From: Narcine bancroftii | Taxonomy: Eukaryota | Length of the DNA: 64,000 nucleotides | Assembly (NCBI RefSeq): GCF_036971445.1 | Contig: NC_091471.1 | Span: 295,864,001 to 295,928,000, forward strand | Direction: 5' to 3' | The notes under the pieces: model-generated | The model's input: only the letters and a program-made list of their open reading frames with translations | Databases searched by the model: none | Told to the model about the DNA's origin: nothing | Shown here: piece after piece, positions 36,601-48,999 of the stretch | Layout: every line of letters begins with the position of its first letter | How positions within the stretch are numbered: the stretch's first letter is position 1 | Program-made: the position numbers and the translations under genes

Positions 36601-39600
36601 ATACTTAAATCTTGTTCCCATTTTTGTTTAGTTTTACCATTTGTTTCCTCATTCTCCTTTTCTTGCAGTTTAATATACATATTTGTTGTAAATCTTTTGA
36701 TTAACATTGTATCTGTAATCACATATTCAAGGTTACTTCCCTCTGGCAAACTCAAATTGCTTCCTAATTTATCCTTCAAGTAGGATCTCAGTTGGTAATA
36801 TGCCTCTCCATTTGGGTTTGCGAATTCACTCGCAAGCGTCAACTGATTTTGCAGTGACCGCTATTCCCCCCCACCCAGCCCCCCCAGAAAAGATTTCACT
36901 TTTCATATGTAACAAAGGTCACTCTTTTAATTCCCTCCTTATTCTCTCTATTCCATTACCTTCCCTTATTAATTCTTGTCTATACTATCTATATTTTCCT
37001 CTAAGTACAGATACATTCACGTACGCACATTATACCTATACACTCTTATACCTCTTTACCCACATACATATCAATCGTGATCATTTTTACTCTCATTACC
37101 CGTCTTCATCCCTCAGTCTATTTTGTAATTGTTCTGCAAATTTTCGTGCTTCTTCTGGATCCGAGAATAGTCTGTTTTGTTGTCCTGGAATAAATATTTT
37201 CAATACCGCTGGATGCTTTAGTATAAATTTATACCCTTTCTTCCATAAAATCGTCTTTGCTGTATTGAACTCCTTTCTCTTCTTTAGGAGTTCAAAACTT
37301 ATATCTGGAAAAATGAAGATTTTTTGCCCTTTATACTCTAGTGGCTTGTTGCCATCTCTTACTTTTTCCATTGTCTTCTCCAGTACCTTTTCTCTTGTAG
37401 TATATCTTAGGAATTTTACTAAAATAGATCTTGGTTTTTGTTGTGGTTGTGGTTTAAAGGCCAATGCTCTATGTGCCCTTTCTATTTCCATTTCTTGCTG
37501 TAGTTCTGGACATCCTAGGATCCTAGGGATCCAATCTTTTATAAACTCTCTCATATTCTTGCCTTCTTCATCTTCCTTAAGGCCCACTATCTTTGTGTTA
37601 TTTCTTCTGTTATAGTTTTCCATTATATCTATTTTCTGAGCTAACAGTTCTTGTGTCTCTATAGCTTTTTTATTAGATTCCTCTAATTTCTTTTTTAAGT
37701 CTTCTACCTCCATTTCTGCTGCTGCTTCCCACTCTTCCATCTTGTCCATTTTCTTTCCCATTTCTGTTAAGGTCATATCTATTTTATTCATTTTTTCTTC
37801 TGTGTTGTTTATTCTTCTTCTTAAATCATTAAATTCCTATGTTTGCCATTCTTTAAATGACTCCATGTATCCTTTAATAAGAGAAAGTATATCCTTTGTC
37901 TTGCCTTTCCCTTCTTCTTCTATTTCACTGTACTCTTCCTCTTCCTCTTCTTCTTCCTCTGGGTTGGCCATCTGTTGTTTCCTTGTTGCCCTTTTCTCCT
38001 CTTCTTTCTTGTTTCCATTGTCTTCTGTGTTCTCTTCTTGCTGCAGGTGTTCTGCAGCTGTCGTTGCCGGCTGTGGAGATCGACTCCCCAGCTGGTTCCC
38101 CCTCCCGTAGGTGTGTTTTTTTGCATGCGCGGTTGCGCACTTTTACTCGGCTCAGCCAGCCATTTTTGTAGTCCAATTTCTACCGACCTGAGGGAGCGGG
38201 TTTCTCTCTCCACCGCGGGCCTCTTCAAACAGGTAAGGCCTTCTCCTTCTTCCTCCGTTGTCTTCTCTTCCTCTCTTCTTACCGTTGATTTCGATTTTTC
38301 TTTTTTTGTCGCCATCTTCTTTCCACCTTTATACTCACTTTTCTTTAACTTTTATTTCTGTGCCTTTGTGTTTTCCTTTGTTTTTTCCGACTTTTCTCTA
38401 GAGGGCTGGAGTTCACCGTCCGGCCACTACTCCATCACGTGACTCCCTCAAGTTAGAATTCTTTGAGGAAGTCATAAGCAGGACGGACAAGGAGAGTCGA
38501 TGGATTTTCAGAGAGCTGTTGAGAAGGGGTCAGTGTTGTGTCTGCTACTTTTCAGGCTGCATGTAAATAATTTAGATGATGGAATTGATGGGTTTGCAGA
38601 TGATGGGTGGAGGGGAGTGGTGTTGAGGAAGCAGGGAGTCTGTAGAGGGTCTTGAACAGGTTGGGAGAATAAGTGTGTGTCATGCACTTTGATAGAAGGA
38701 ATAAAGGCGTGGACTATTTTCTAAATGGGAGAGAATTCAGAAAGGGGAGGTCCCAAGGGACTAGGGAATGCTAGTGCAGAATTCCATGAAGGTTAACTTG
38801 CAGGTTGAGTTTGTAAATGCAATGTTATGGGGAGAAGGCAAGAGAATGGAGATGAGAGAGACAATTCAAATGGCAAAGCAGACTCGATTCTCCTCCTACT
38901 TCTTGTATCACAACTGTCCTTTCTATCTCTGGTCCCACACACTTCAGCGGATCTGATGAGCACATCTTCTGAAGGCTGAGTCGCAGTGTGAATCGAGAAC
39001 ACAACTATCTCTGTTGCAAGTCAGCTATACTGTACTCACGGTGCTGCCCCGTCCAAGCCCCCTCTCACGCCTTGGGTGAAGGACAGAATCAACTTGAAGA
39101 GGTGAGGTCTTCATTGCTCAGGCCAAATCCTCAAAGATGAGATGTTCAGTGACTATCTGGCTACTGGGTGTGGATCCTGCTTCGTTAATTCTCCACAATG
39201 GCTGATTGTGAGGTGACTTGGTCCTGTGGTTTAGGCTATATGTGGTGGCTAGGCAGTCACTTTCCCCTTGGCTGATTAAAGGTGCCCTCAATGACAGCAC
39301 AGCAATAGTGCGTGGAGATTGGACAATGGTGATGTACCACTCTATGGGTTTTCAGGGGATGAGAAGGCAACACAGACAAACCTCATCAACTTTGTGTTCA
39401 CAGCCTACAGTCCTGAGCTGGCTCAGACATTGGACAAGTTCCTGTTCCCTGACTGCAGTCAAGATGAGATGGCCTTGGTTCAGCAATTTGATCAGCCGGA
39501 CCCAAAGCGCAGGTGGAGGGAAGGTCTCGTCAAATCCAGCTTCAACTACTTGCTACTTGACCCAAGGTAAAGTCCTGTGGTTCCTCTGTACTTCAGATAA

Positions 39601-42600
39601 AAAGTTTTAAAAAGCTCACAAATGAAACATCTGGAGCTGTTGCTCCCACCCTTAAAGGGAGTGAGATCCAAGTCAGATCTGCCCTCAGTTTAAATAGTTT
39701 GTCCAGGGGGGAAGGACCCAATCTCCTCCACTCTGACCTTGGACCTCCTTCCTGGCACTGACCTGGTGAACCTCTCCACACCCTCTGGTGTGGATGACGG
39801 TGCCCACACAAGGCTTCAGCTGTAGTTTGTTCAGATTTCCCCATAGCCTCCTCACCCCACCCCTCCATCCACAGACTAGCCTTTTTCTGAATCCAGGTTC
39901 CATGCACTTTACCCAGTACTTTCATAAACTCAGGCCATTGTACGGGTTAAGGCATACATCTTCCTGCAGCTTCTAGCTCTTCCTCTCGCTGTCCCCCACA
40001 ATTCCAAGCTTCAGAATTTTCACATTCTATGCCATGATCATTCATCTTTATTCAGAAAGTCCCGGGGTCCTGGCGCAGGCCCAGCCCTCTCCCCACCCGG
40101 GGTCCTGTCTGAAAACAACTTTATCATTACTGTCATTTAACCCTGTGCTGCCAATGTCCTTGAATTCCACTCACCAGTATTGTGGGGCTGCAGTAGTCCA
40201 CATCCATGCAGGTGACAGGCCGCATTCCCATCATCAACCTTCTCCGTCACTTCAACAAAAACATTCAATAGGCAAGATAGCTTCGCAGCCCTCTCCAGAT
40301 CAACTCCAGCTTCACCATCGGTGTTGCTAGACCAGTGTGGGGGTGGGTTTGGAGCCAGAGACCACTTCCTCCTGGTCCCCTGGCTGCAGATGTTGTTGGG
40401 AAATGTGCTCTGTACTGGCAAAAGAGTATGAAGGTTCTTCACTCCATAGGAGGACCACTCAGACCCCTGGTTCCCAGTGCTCTTCCTCACAGAGTTTGTT
40501 CACCAATTCTTGCGTTTCCCAATCACAGCAGGCCATTCAACCCATTGAATCCATGCCAGTTCCCAAAGCAATCCTGTTCATCCCATTCCACCTCTCACCG
40601 CCGTCACGCTGCCTCTGATTCTCCGACCCCTCACCTTGACACTAGGACCAGCTAACCCACCAACCCACACATTTGTGGGATGTGAGAGAAAACCCTGCCT
40701 CCGATGGAAACTGGCATGGCCACGGGGAGACCAATTGGAGCTCCGAGGGAGGATTAAATCTCAGGACGCATTTGAGGGATGAAATTTGGAGGCAAAGACA
40801 CAAGACCCTACAGGAGCCAGAATCAGAAACAAGTGCTGGAAGAACCCAGAAGGTCAGGCAGCATCTATGGAGGCAGAGTGATGGTCTATGTTTGTTTGAT
40901 GACCCTGCATCAGGGCTGAGAGTGTAGCAGTGAGTAAATAGGGTCTGTGCACAGTTAAGCAGATGAGGGGAAAGGCTTTGGCCAACCGTAACTCCTTGTC
41001 TTCTTCCTCGCCTCCCATAGGGTCACAAAGAACCTACCTGCTCGCTCTCACACCCTGACCTCTGCTGAGTGCTTCCATACGTTTGTCAGCTCCATCTTTT
41101 ATGTGGGGAAAGGCAAGCGTTCACGGCCATTCTCTCACCTCTACCAGGCGCTGACTAGCACCAAACGTGAGAAGCAGCAAGTAAGTGAGAAAGCAACCAT
41201 ACTGAAATTGTTTCAGTTTTTTGATTTTGATATACCTTTGTCCTGAAGAGTCTGAATCATGGGGGAGGGAGTGTGAGCGGTGACCTGCTCCACTCCACAG
41301 GGGTGTGAGTTAGGGTTCGGGTGAGTCTGTGGTTGCTGCAAGCCTGAAGCTCTCAGCTGTTACTGTTACCCTCATCACCCCTGGGCACATGTGGAGTGAG
41401 ATAGTGGGGCTAGAACAACAATATTGCTTCCCTGAAGACCGGTGAGACAGCCTCAGCTGCTAACAACTGGGTAGAAATGGACTCACAGTGCTGGACGGCC
41501 TCTCCCTTTGTGAATTAATGGTGGTCATGGACTACCAGGTATTTCAGTGAGACTGATTCCATGGGGCAGGGTTTGAAGTATCAGTCAGCATTGAGGGCTC
41601 AGTCCCTGACAATCACTCACACAGCCAAGGGTTTTGTACCTGCTACCCTGACACATCTACCTTCCTGCTCCTCCCTCACAGTTCAGTGGCAAACTGAAGC
41701 ACATCTTTGACATCTGGAGCTGTGGCCAAGGCGTGATCTCTCTTCATTGTTTCCAAAATGTTATTCCGGTTGAAGCGTACACTCGGGAAGCTTGCATGGT
41801 CGATGCTCTGGGTGAGTTGGCTGTTGGTGTTCCTCTATTTAACAGGGACAGTCCAGTACTGTTCTGGAAAATTCTCCAGCACACACCTTCAAACATATCA
41901 GCTCATTGAAACTGCTATTGTCCTCCCTGTCTCTGTAAACCTTTCTGGTCCCCTACACCCTTCTCTGTCTCTGTCACACTCTGACACCCATCCCTGTCTT
42001 TGTCACCCCCCTCTGGTCCCCTACTTGCCTCCTGTCTCTATAAGTCACCCCCCCCCCCCTCCAGTCCCCACATCACTCCCTGTCTTTGTAACTCTCTCCA
42101 GTTCCCTGTCTCTATCCCCTGTGGAGCATGTGCTGTGATGGGGCATCTGCCCGATGTGTCCACGCCATGGGAGATGGCATGCTATCTCTCGCCAAGGTTA
42201 AGGCACTGAAGGGAATTGACACACCTCAGAGTTTTGCTGAAGAGTTGGATTCCTTGGAGAGGTGGAGCCAGAGTTCCTTGTTAACTGCTAGTGAGCTACC
42301 CTTCCTGCTGGCTTGTCAGGTCTCCCACATTGCCAGAGCTGTTTCTGTTCCACCCCTTTCCAGCTTTCTCCATTCCTCCTTATGACTATCCACCTTTCCT
42401 TTGCACTCATTCCTGTGTGGCCACCTCCACATGCCTCTGCCCACTCCCCCCACCCCAGGCATCCCCCACCCTGAATCCACCACCACCCCCACCCCAGGCA
42501 TCCCTGGGCTTTCCTGAACCCCGCCCCCCCCACCCTCATTCTTGCAGCCAGAGCATGCCCTGCCTTCATGCGACCCGCCCTGGCTCCATGGGTCACCAGT

Positions 42601-43052
42601 CAGACTCTTCCTTGGAGAGACGATGGGTCCCACTAATGGGGAGCTTCTTGCAAATGGCTGGACCATGACTGGGACAGGCAATTTGTGTCTTTTTTTAAGG
42701 TTAAGGGTCACTCTGTTCAGAGGTACTTTTATTTTCAGTGAAGTATTTAGTTTGGTGGGAAGCGTGGGTTTCTCTATTAGTTGTTGGAGGGCAGGGATGG
42801 TGCATGCAGGACATCAGGAGCCATGGTGAAGTGGGGCGGGGGGGTCCCTGGGTCACATTTTGAGCACAAATTGTCCTCTCTCCCCACACAGGCCTGCAGA
42901 TGTTGACCAACAAGAAGCGGGGCGATTACTATGGAGTGGTGGGCACGTGGCCCCTGAGACGGCGACGACGACTGGGGGTCCACATGCTGAAGCGCGCAAT
43001 GGAGATCTTCCTGGTGGAGGGCGAGAGACAGCTCCGTCCAGCTGATGTCTAG
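24554..43052 (+). CDS. ANKLE1: Ankyrin repeat and LEM domain-containing protein 1 (GIY-YIG endonuclease, LEM-3 orthologue), about 1342 aa
   Basis: Exons 24554-24609, 29155-29307, 29929-30034, 30797-30917 (donor uncertain), 32530-35508, 39404-39566, 41021-41180, 41682-41811, 42892-43052 join in phase; N-terminal ankyrins, LEM (LREFGEDPGPVTNLTRGVYL), GIY-YIG region (SSFNYLLLDPR, IFYVGKG, EAYTREACMVDALG, LTNKKRGDYYG, EGERQLRPAD). Confidence 0.95.
25480..26340 (-). mobile_element. Degenerate CR1 LINE fragment
   Basis: SPSYRKDINELEWAQRRFLRML on minus strand. Confidence 0.75.
27850..29095 (+). mobile_element. Degenerate CR1 with nested SINE (about 28488-28635, -) and L1 RT fragment (about 28636-28760, +)
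   Basis: GKCEVIHFG, LGLYSLEFRRIR CR1 motifs; insert ends in an (atggttat) tail; PKIVKLDETGFIKKR is L1 RT-like. Confidence 0.75.
29155..29307 (+). CDS. ANKLE1: ANKLE1 exon 2 (ankyrin)
   Basis: SVEKWLKVGVDPDLLLPDGIAALHLASGQDTEAGVRCLKLLLQHGADPNI. Confidence 0.95.
29405..29815. repeat. About 42-bp minisatellite (gttatagggacagacctgtccccaccagtactgtaccccagt)
   Basis: About 9-10 units, near-perfect in the centre and diverged at the edges. Confidence 0.9.
29929..30034 (+). CDS. ANKLE1: ANKLE1 exon 3 (ankyrin)
   Basis: SAEDLTPLHVAASWGCIKCVKLLLRNGADPTLLDV. Confidence 0.95.
30797..30917 (+). CDS. ANKLE1: ANKLE1 exon 4 (ankyrin; 3' boundary uncertain)
   Basis: DGLSAVDLARQHGNVKCCRILQDY; only weak phase-1 donors (30917, 30923, about 30946). 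Confidence 0.8.
32530..35508 (+). CDS. ANKLE1: ANKLE1 giant exon 5 (Ser-rich linker plus LEM domain)
   Basis: 2979-nt open frame, ttgcag| acceptor, CAA|gtgagt donor, phase 1-1; ends with the LEM motif. Confidence 0.9.
35797..38448 (-). mobile_element. L1-clade element with intact 5' end and ORF1 but most of ORF2 deleted, nested in a CR1
   Basis: ORF1 motifs (MENYNRRNNTKIVGLKE, EIERAHR, IFIFPDIS) with one frameshift and one stop; spacer fused to ORF2 C-terminus (YYQLRSY...DRCFRC...HAIWTC); poly(A); 16-bp TSD caagttagaattcttt at 35781-35796 and 38449-38464. Confidence 0.92.
39404..39566 (+). CDS. ANKLE1: ANKLE1 exon 6
   Basis: YSPELAQTL...DQPDPKRRWREGLVKSSFNYLLLDPR. Confidence 0.95.
41021..41180 (+). 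CDS. ANKLE1: ANKLE1 exon 7
   Basis: VTKNLPARS...FVSSIFYVGKGKRSRPFSHLYQAL. Confidence 0.95.
41682..41811 (+). CDS. ANKLE1: ANKLE1 exon 8
   Basis: KLKHIFDIWSCGQGVISLHCFQNVIPVEAYTREACMVDAL. Confidence 0.95.
42892..43052 (+). CDS. ANKLE1: ANKLE1 exon 9 (terminal)
   Basis: GLQMLTNKKRGDYYGVVGTWPLRRRRRLGVHMLKRAMEIFLVEGERQLRPADV*. Confidence 0.95.
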
Positions 43053-45393
43053 ACAGGTGGAGAGGTAGTTGCTGCAGACTGCTATGGGAGTGTTGGGCTG
43101 CTACAGCCCAGTCAGACCCATTCTGGTGCTGCCAGTCTCCCGAGCACCCTCCTCCTCCAGACATTGCACTATTACTAAGAGGATGGAGAAACCCAAGGGC
43201 GCTGACAGCTCCCTGAAACCATCCTTCCTTGATCCAGCAGGCCTGCCCTTCAGGGGAAGGGGGAGCAGCCCCTCTCTTGGTGGGAGCTTGTGGCTGGTGT
43301 CAGATGGTTGTGCTACAGCTCTTCATAATCCAACACTCTAACCTTTTAATGTTGATTTTATAATGTTTTTAGATTCAGGCAATTTATTAATTACATGTAG
43401 GGACTGGCATTTCTTGCCCATTATGCTGAATGACTCAGGCCAATCCAGAGGGGAGTGGGGTCTGTAGGCAACTGGTCATGTTCCTCCTCTGGTTGGGTTC
43501 CTTCATCCTCACGACTTCTGTCTCTGAAACCAGATCATTCTCTGGGGTTGTGGCAGGGCTGGCATTTGAACGTGTCTGACTGGTTGGCCCATGCCTGTTG
43601 GATCACGAGTGTTGGAGTAGTCAACCATGGACTCTCGAGCTCCCTGTCCACGTCGGGTTCCTCACCTCACTCCAGGAAGCAGCTCCTCCAGATGTGTTCC
43701 AGCTGTGAATTCACCAGGTCTAGCTGTTTTTTCAGAATTGCTGGGGATACTACCTCCATCGATCTGTGTCAGACATTGCATTGAGTGAGGTCACACAGTG
43801 ACAGAAGGAACCCCACTCAGCTCCCCCTGTCCTCTGGAGAATCCCAAACCAGGGATGACCAGTTGAAATTTGTATTTGTCAGCAAGGAGTCTGCAGGTGC
43901 TGGCAGGCTGGAACAACATATAAACTGCTGAAGGAACTCAGGCAGCATCTGTGGAAGGCAATGGAGTCAATGTTTCAGGCCAAACCTAATTCTTGTTGTT
44001 CCTATTGAAGAGTTTCAGCCCCAAAATGTTGACTATCACCTTCCTCAGATGCTATCCAACCCACTGAGTCTGCCAGCACTTTGTTACTGTAATAGTTACA
44101 AGGTGAAGTGCAAAGTGTACACCAGAGCTCTCTGGCTTCGCCTGCCAGTGAACTTGCATCTTGTGTGACTGGAATGTACTGGTACCTGTTCTTGGGTCCA
44201 ATTCCAGGCATGTTGCGCCCCTTCTGGGAATCTAAGACCAGCAGGAAATTCAGCAATATGTGGCATTTGTGGCTGGGCATAAGCTAACATCTACACAGGA
44301 ACCTCCTGGAGGGACTTCCTGAATGTCATTTTGATGTGGGCTCTACTTTTTAACCACCTGGGACTCTGCAGTCAACTTTAGGGGGTTGAATGTCCTTGTG
44401 CTCTCCTGTCCGAGCATTGATTAGATGCTGGCTGGAATTGCTGCTATTGGAGGGAGTTCCAGCTAATCAATGATATATGATTGCTATAATGGCACAGTTA
44501 GTGTAATGCTATTACAGCTCAAGTGACTAGAGTTAGTCTGGCACTGTCTGTAGGAGTTTGTACACTCTCCCTGTGACCTGCTTGAGGTATCCTCAGGTGC
44601 TCTAGTTTCTTCCCACCATTCAAAATATATGGGAATTTTAAATTAATTAGTAATTGGGCGGCATGGGATCATGGGGCAGAAGGGCCTGTTGCTGTGCTCT
44701 ATGTCTAAATGTTAATGTGAACTAGGTGTGCTCCCTCCAGCTGTTGCTGATGCCTGGTTTGTAAATTGCACATTTAAAACTGTAATTTTGGGGTTTTTTT
44801 TTAAATCTTATATTTTTGAGAAAGTGGTTAAAGAGCATGGGTTGAGGATGGTGGCATTAAAACACAGCTCTGCCTGCCTCTGGTCTCAACAGCGAGTTTC
44901 CAAACAGTCCAGCGATGCAACGAATAGTGCAGCTGCCTTGCTCCACAACTCTGTGACCGGAACACATCTGGAATTAATCTTTTGGTATTTTTCTGCTGTT
45001 TGTAGATCAGGACATTTATAACATACAGGTGCACAATGCACTGAAATGCATTCACAAGATTCAAGGCTCAAATCCTAATGAAAAAGGTCAATGAGCATTG
45101 ATATCGGGTCATTGGTATTAACTGTTGAGCTATTCATTTGGACAACAACTGCTCAGTTCTTTGCCTCAACACCACCTCTCTCCCAGCTCCCCGAACCATA
45201 GGGTCGATAGCCCAGGGTGACAGAGGAGGAGGAGGAGGACATCAGGGGTAGGTTTTTTTTTTACAGAGTTGTGGAAGCCTGGAATATATTAATGGTGGTG
45301 GAGAATGGTACAATAGGGACATTTAAAAGACTTAGATAGTCATATAGGTGCAAGAAAAATGAGTTATGGGTGTGAAGTAGGGAAGGTTTAGAT

Positions 45394-45514
45394 CAGTGGT
45401 TCTCAACTTTTTTCTTTCCACTCACATACCACCTTAAGTAATCCCTTACTAACCACTGAGCATCTATGGCATCCTAGTTATAACGGATTGCTTAAGGTGG
45501 TATGTGAGTGGAAA
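45394..45514. mobile_element. hAT-type MITE inserted in a CR1 3' UTR
   Basis: Left TIR CAGTGGTTCTCAAC, internal inverted repeat (ccactcacataccaccttaag / cttaaggtggtatgtgagtgg), 8-bp TSD gtttagat; partial relative at about 12638-12712. Confidence 0.8.
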
Positions 45515-45589
45515 GTTTAGATTGTTGAGTAAGTTTATGTAGGTCGGCACAACAATGTGGGCTGAAGGGCCAGTATTGTCCTTGAATGT

Positions 45590-47165
45590 TCTAGGTGGAT
45601 AAGTCTCCGGGACCAGACGGGATCTTCCCCAGGACATTGAGAGAAGTGAAGGAGGAAATAGCAGAGGCTCTGGCGGTAATTTTCCAAATGTCATTAGATA
45701 TGGGGATAGTGCCGGAGGATTGGCGCATTGCGCATGTGGTTCCGTTATTTAAAAAGGGTTCAAGGAGGAAGCCTGGCAACTATTGGCCTGTAAGTTTGAC
45801 GTCTGTGGTAGGTAAATTAATGGAGAAAATTCTTAGAGATAGTACTTATAAACATCTGGATAGACAGGGTCTGATCAGGAGCACTCAACATGGATTTGTG
45901 GGAGGAAAGTCATGTTTGACCAATCTGATTGAATTTTTTGAAGAGGTGACTAGGAATGTGGATGATGGTAGCGCAGTGGATGTTGTCTATATGGACTTCA
46001 GTAAGGCCTTCGATAAGGTACCACATGGAAGGTTAGTTAGGAAGGTGCAGTCTTTAGGTATAAATTTTAAGATAGTCAAATGGATTGAACATTGGCTGAA
46101 AGGGAGAGGCCAGAGAGTGGTAGTGGATAATTGTCTGTCAGGTTGGAGGCCGGTGACCAGTGGTGTGCCTCAAGGATCTGTATTGGGCCCATTGTTGTTC
46201 ATTATATACATTAATGATCTAGATGATGGGGTGGTGAATTGGATTAGTAAATATGCAGACGATACTAAGATAGGTGGAATAGTGGATAATGAAGAAGGTT
46301 TTCAAGGATTGCAGAGGGATTTGGGCTGCTTAGAAAAGTGGGCTGAAAAATGGCAGATGGAATTTAATGCTGATAAGTGTAAGGTGCTTCATTTTGGTAA
46401 GAAGAATCAGAATAGGACATACGTGGTAAATGGGAGAGCATTGAGGAATACAGAAGAGCAGAAAGATTTAGGAGTAACGGTACATCGTTCCCTGAAGGTA
46501 GAAACTCACGTGAATAGGGTGGTGAAGAAGGCTTTTAGTATGCTGGCCTTTATCAATCATTGCATGGAATATAGGAGTTGGGAGGTGATGTTGAGATTGT
46601 ATAAGACGTTGGTGCGGCCTAATTTGGAGTTCTGTGTGCAATTCTGGTCACCTAATTATAGGAAGGATATAAACAGAGTGGAGAGAGTGCAGAGAAGGTT
46701 TACTAGAATGTTACCTGGGTTTAAGCATCTAGAGTATAGGGAGAGATTGGACAGATTAGGTCTTTATTCTTTGGAGCGTAGAAGGTTGAGAGGGGATTTG
46801 ATGGAAGTATTTAAGATTATGAAAGGGATAGACAGAGTGGATGTGGATAGACTATTTCCGTTAAGAGGAGGAAAGATTAAAACAAGAGGACATGAGTTAA
46901 GAATTAAGGGGCAGAGGTTTAGAGGTAACATGAGGGGGAACTTCTTTACTCAGAGAGTGGTAGCCGTGTGGAATGATCTTCCGGGAGAAATAGTGGCGGC
47001 GGAGTCAATTGTATTATTTAAGAAAAGATTGGACAGGTATATGGATGAGAAGAAGATGGAGGGTTATGGGCATTGTGCAGGGAGGTGAGACTAGAAAGGG
47101 GTGTTTGGTTCGGTGCGGACTAGAAGGGCCTAATGGCCTGTTTCCGTGCTGTAATTGTTGTTATG
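45590..47165 (+). mobile_element. Young 5'-truncated CR1 LINE with uninterrupted RT ORF (45595-47088)
   Basis: 497-aa ORF: [44 protein letters not shown]; CR1 3' UTR follows. Confidence 0.95.
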
Positions 47166-48256
47166 TTTGAGTTGATGGTGAAAAGGCGAATGCAATGTTG
47201 ACACTCCTATCTTGAGAAATAGGACACAAGAGCAGGGATGTGATATTGAGATTTCATAAGGCACTGGTGAGGCCGGGTATATGTATTGGGCTCCTTATTA
47301 AAGAAAATGTGCTGGCATTGGAGAGGGTTCAGAGAGTAGTTACAAGAATGCTTCCTGGAATGAAGGGATTAGCAAAAGAGGAACATTTTACAGCTCAGAC
47401 TGTGCTCCTTGGAGTTCAGAAGAATGAGGGAGGACCTTGTAAAAGCATCTTGAATGTTCAAAGTCCTGGACAGATGTTGCAAAGTTGTTTCTCATGGTAG
47501 GGGAGTCTAGGACAAGAGAGCATTTAAAATAGGAATTTCTTGAGCCAGGGAGTGATGAACCTCTGGAATTTACTGTCGCAGGCAGTTGTGGAGGTCAGGT
47601 TGCGAGGTGTACTTGAGGCAGAAATTGATGGGTATCTGAACAGTCAGGGTATCAAAGGTTAAGGGGAGAAAGCAGGGGAGTGGGGCTGAGCAGGCTCAAT
47701 GGGCTGAGTGGCCTTCTGCTCCTATATCTTACGGTCTAAGGCTCTTGAAGAGCCACAGGCTGAAGGCTTCCTGATCATGTCAGAGGTTTGGATCTGGAGC
47801 TTGGGTTGCCTATGGTTTAAACAGGAGTTTGTGGGGCTCTAGAGGATGTGGGCCACTGGAGGCAAATCCATGGACAGTTGGTGTCTCTGAAGGGCTCTCT
47901 TTTGCTTCTCTTTCTCCTATTGTTATGGGTGTAGGCAATGCTCATGGTGACTTTTTGCTTAACGGTAGACAAAAGTTGAAGTATATTACATTTTTAATAT
48001 ATCAATAAAAAGAACATTTGAACCAACACTGAGCCCTGGAATACCACTTGTCACTGGCAGCCAACCAAAAAAAGGCCTCTTTTTCAACCCTCCCCCCACC
48101 CCCCTCCCAACTCTCTGCCTCCTGGTGGCCAGCCAATCTCTATCCATGCTCGTGTCTTTCCGTAATATAATGGGCTCCCGTCTTGCTCAGCAGCCTCATT
48201 CTGTATTTTTTTTGTTGCTGATCAGTGAATACTTATAAACCAATTATTCCAACGTT

Positions 48257-48936
48257 CAGTGCCTTCCATAATGTATGGGACGAAGATACCTTTTATCCTT
48301 TATTTGCCCCAGTGCTCCACAAAATTTGTAATCAAACAATTCATGTGATTAAAGTGCACATTCCAGATTTTATTCAAGGTTACTTGCGTACATTTTGGTT
48401 TGACCATGTAGAAATTAGAATATTTTTTATACATAGTCCCCTCATAATGTTTGGGACATTTGGCTTCACAGGTGTTTGTGAGTACTCAGGTATGTTTAAT
48501 TGCAAGTATAAGAGAATTAGGTTTACTTCTAAGTTTTGGACTATCTTTGGAGTCTGTAGTTGCCATTTTCAGCATGAGGACCAGAGATTGGCCAATGAGA
48601 GTCAAAGAAACCATTGAGGCTGACAAACAAAAAATAAAACAGTAAGAGACATTGCCCAAACTTTAGGATTACCATAATCAACAGTTTGGGACATCATTAA
48701 GAAGAAAGAGCGAACTGGTGAGCTCAATAATTGCAAAAGGACTGGTGGGCCAAGGAAGACCTCCACTGTAATGTGTACGTGGTCAAATCAAAATATACAC
48801 CATAACCTTGAATAAAATCTGGAATGTACACTTTAATCACATGTGAATTGTTTGATTACACATTTAAAACTGGAGTACAGGGACAAATAAAGGAAAAAAA
48901 AAAGTATCTTTGTCTCAAACATTATGGAGGGCACTG
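48257..48936 (+). mobile_element. Non-autonomous Tc1/mariner element with internal deletion
   Basis: TIRs CAGTGCCTTCCATAATG... / ...CATTATGGAGGGCACTG followed by TA; degenerate transposase HTH ([28 protein letters not shown]). Confidence 0.88.
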
Positions 48937-48999
48937 TATCTGAAGATGAATTAGAAATGTACTTCAAGGAGTTTTGAAGAGGTGGCATTATGTAGAAAA

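Noticed and set aside
36800-38442. Plus-strand hydrophobic ORFs (271, 155 and 122 aa)
   Set aside because: Antisense shadows of the A-rich L1 ORF1
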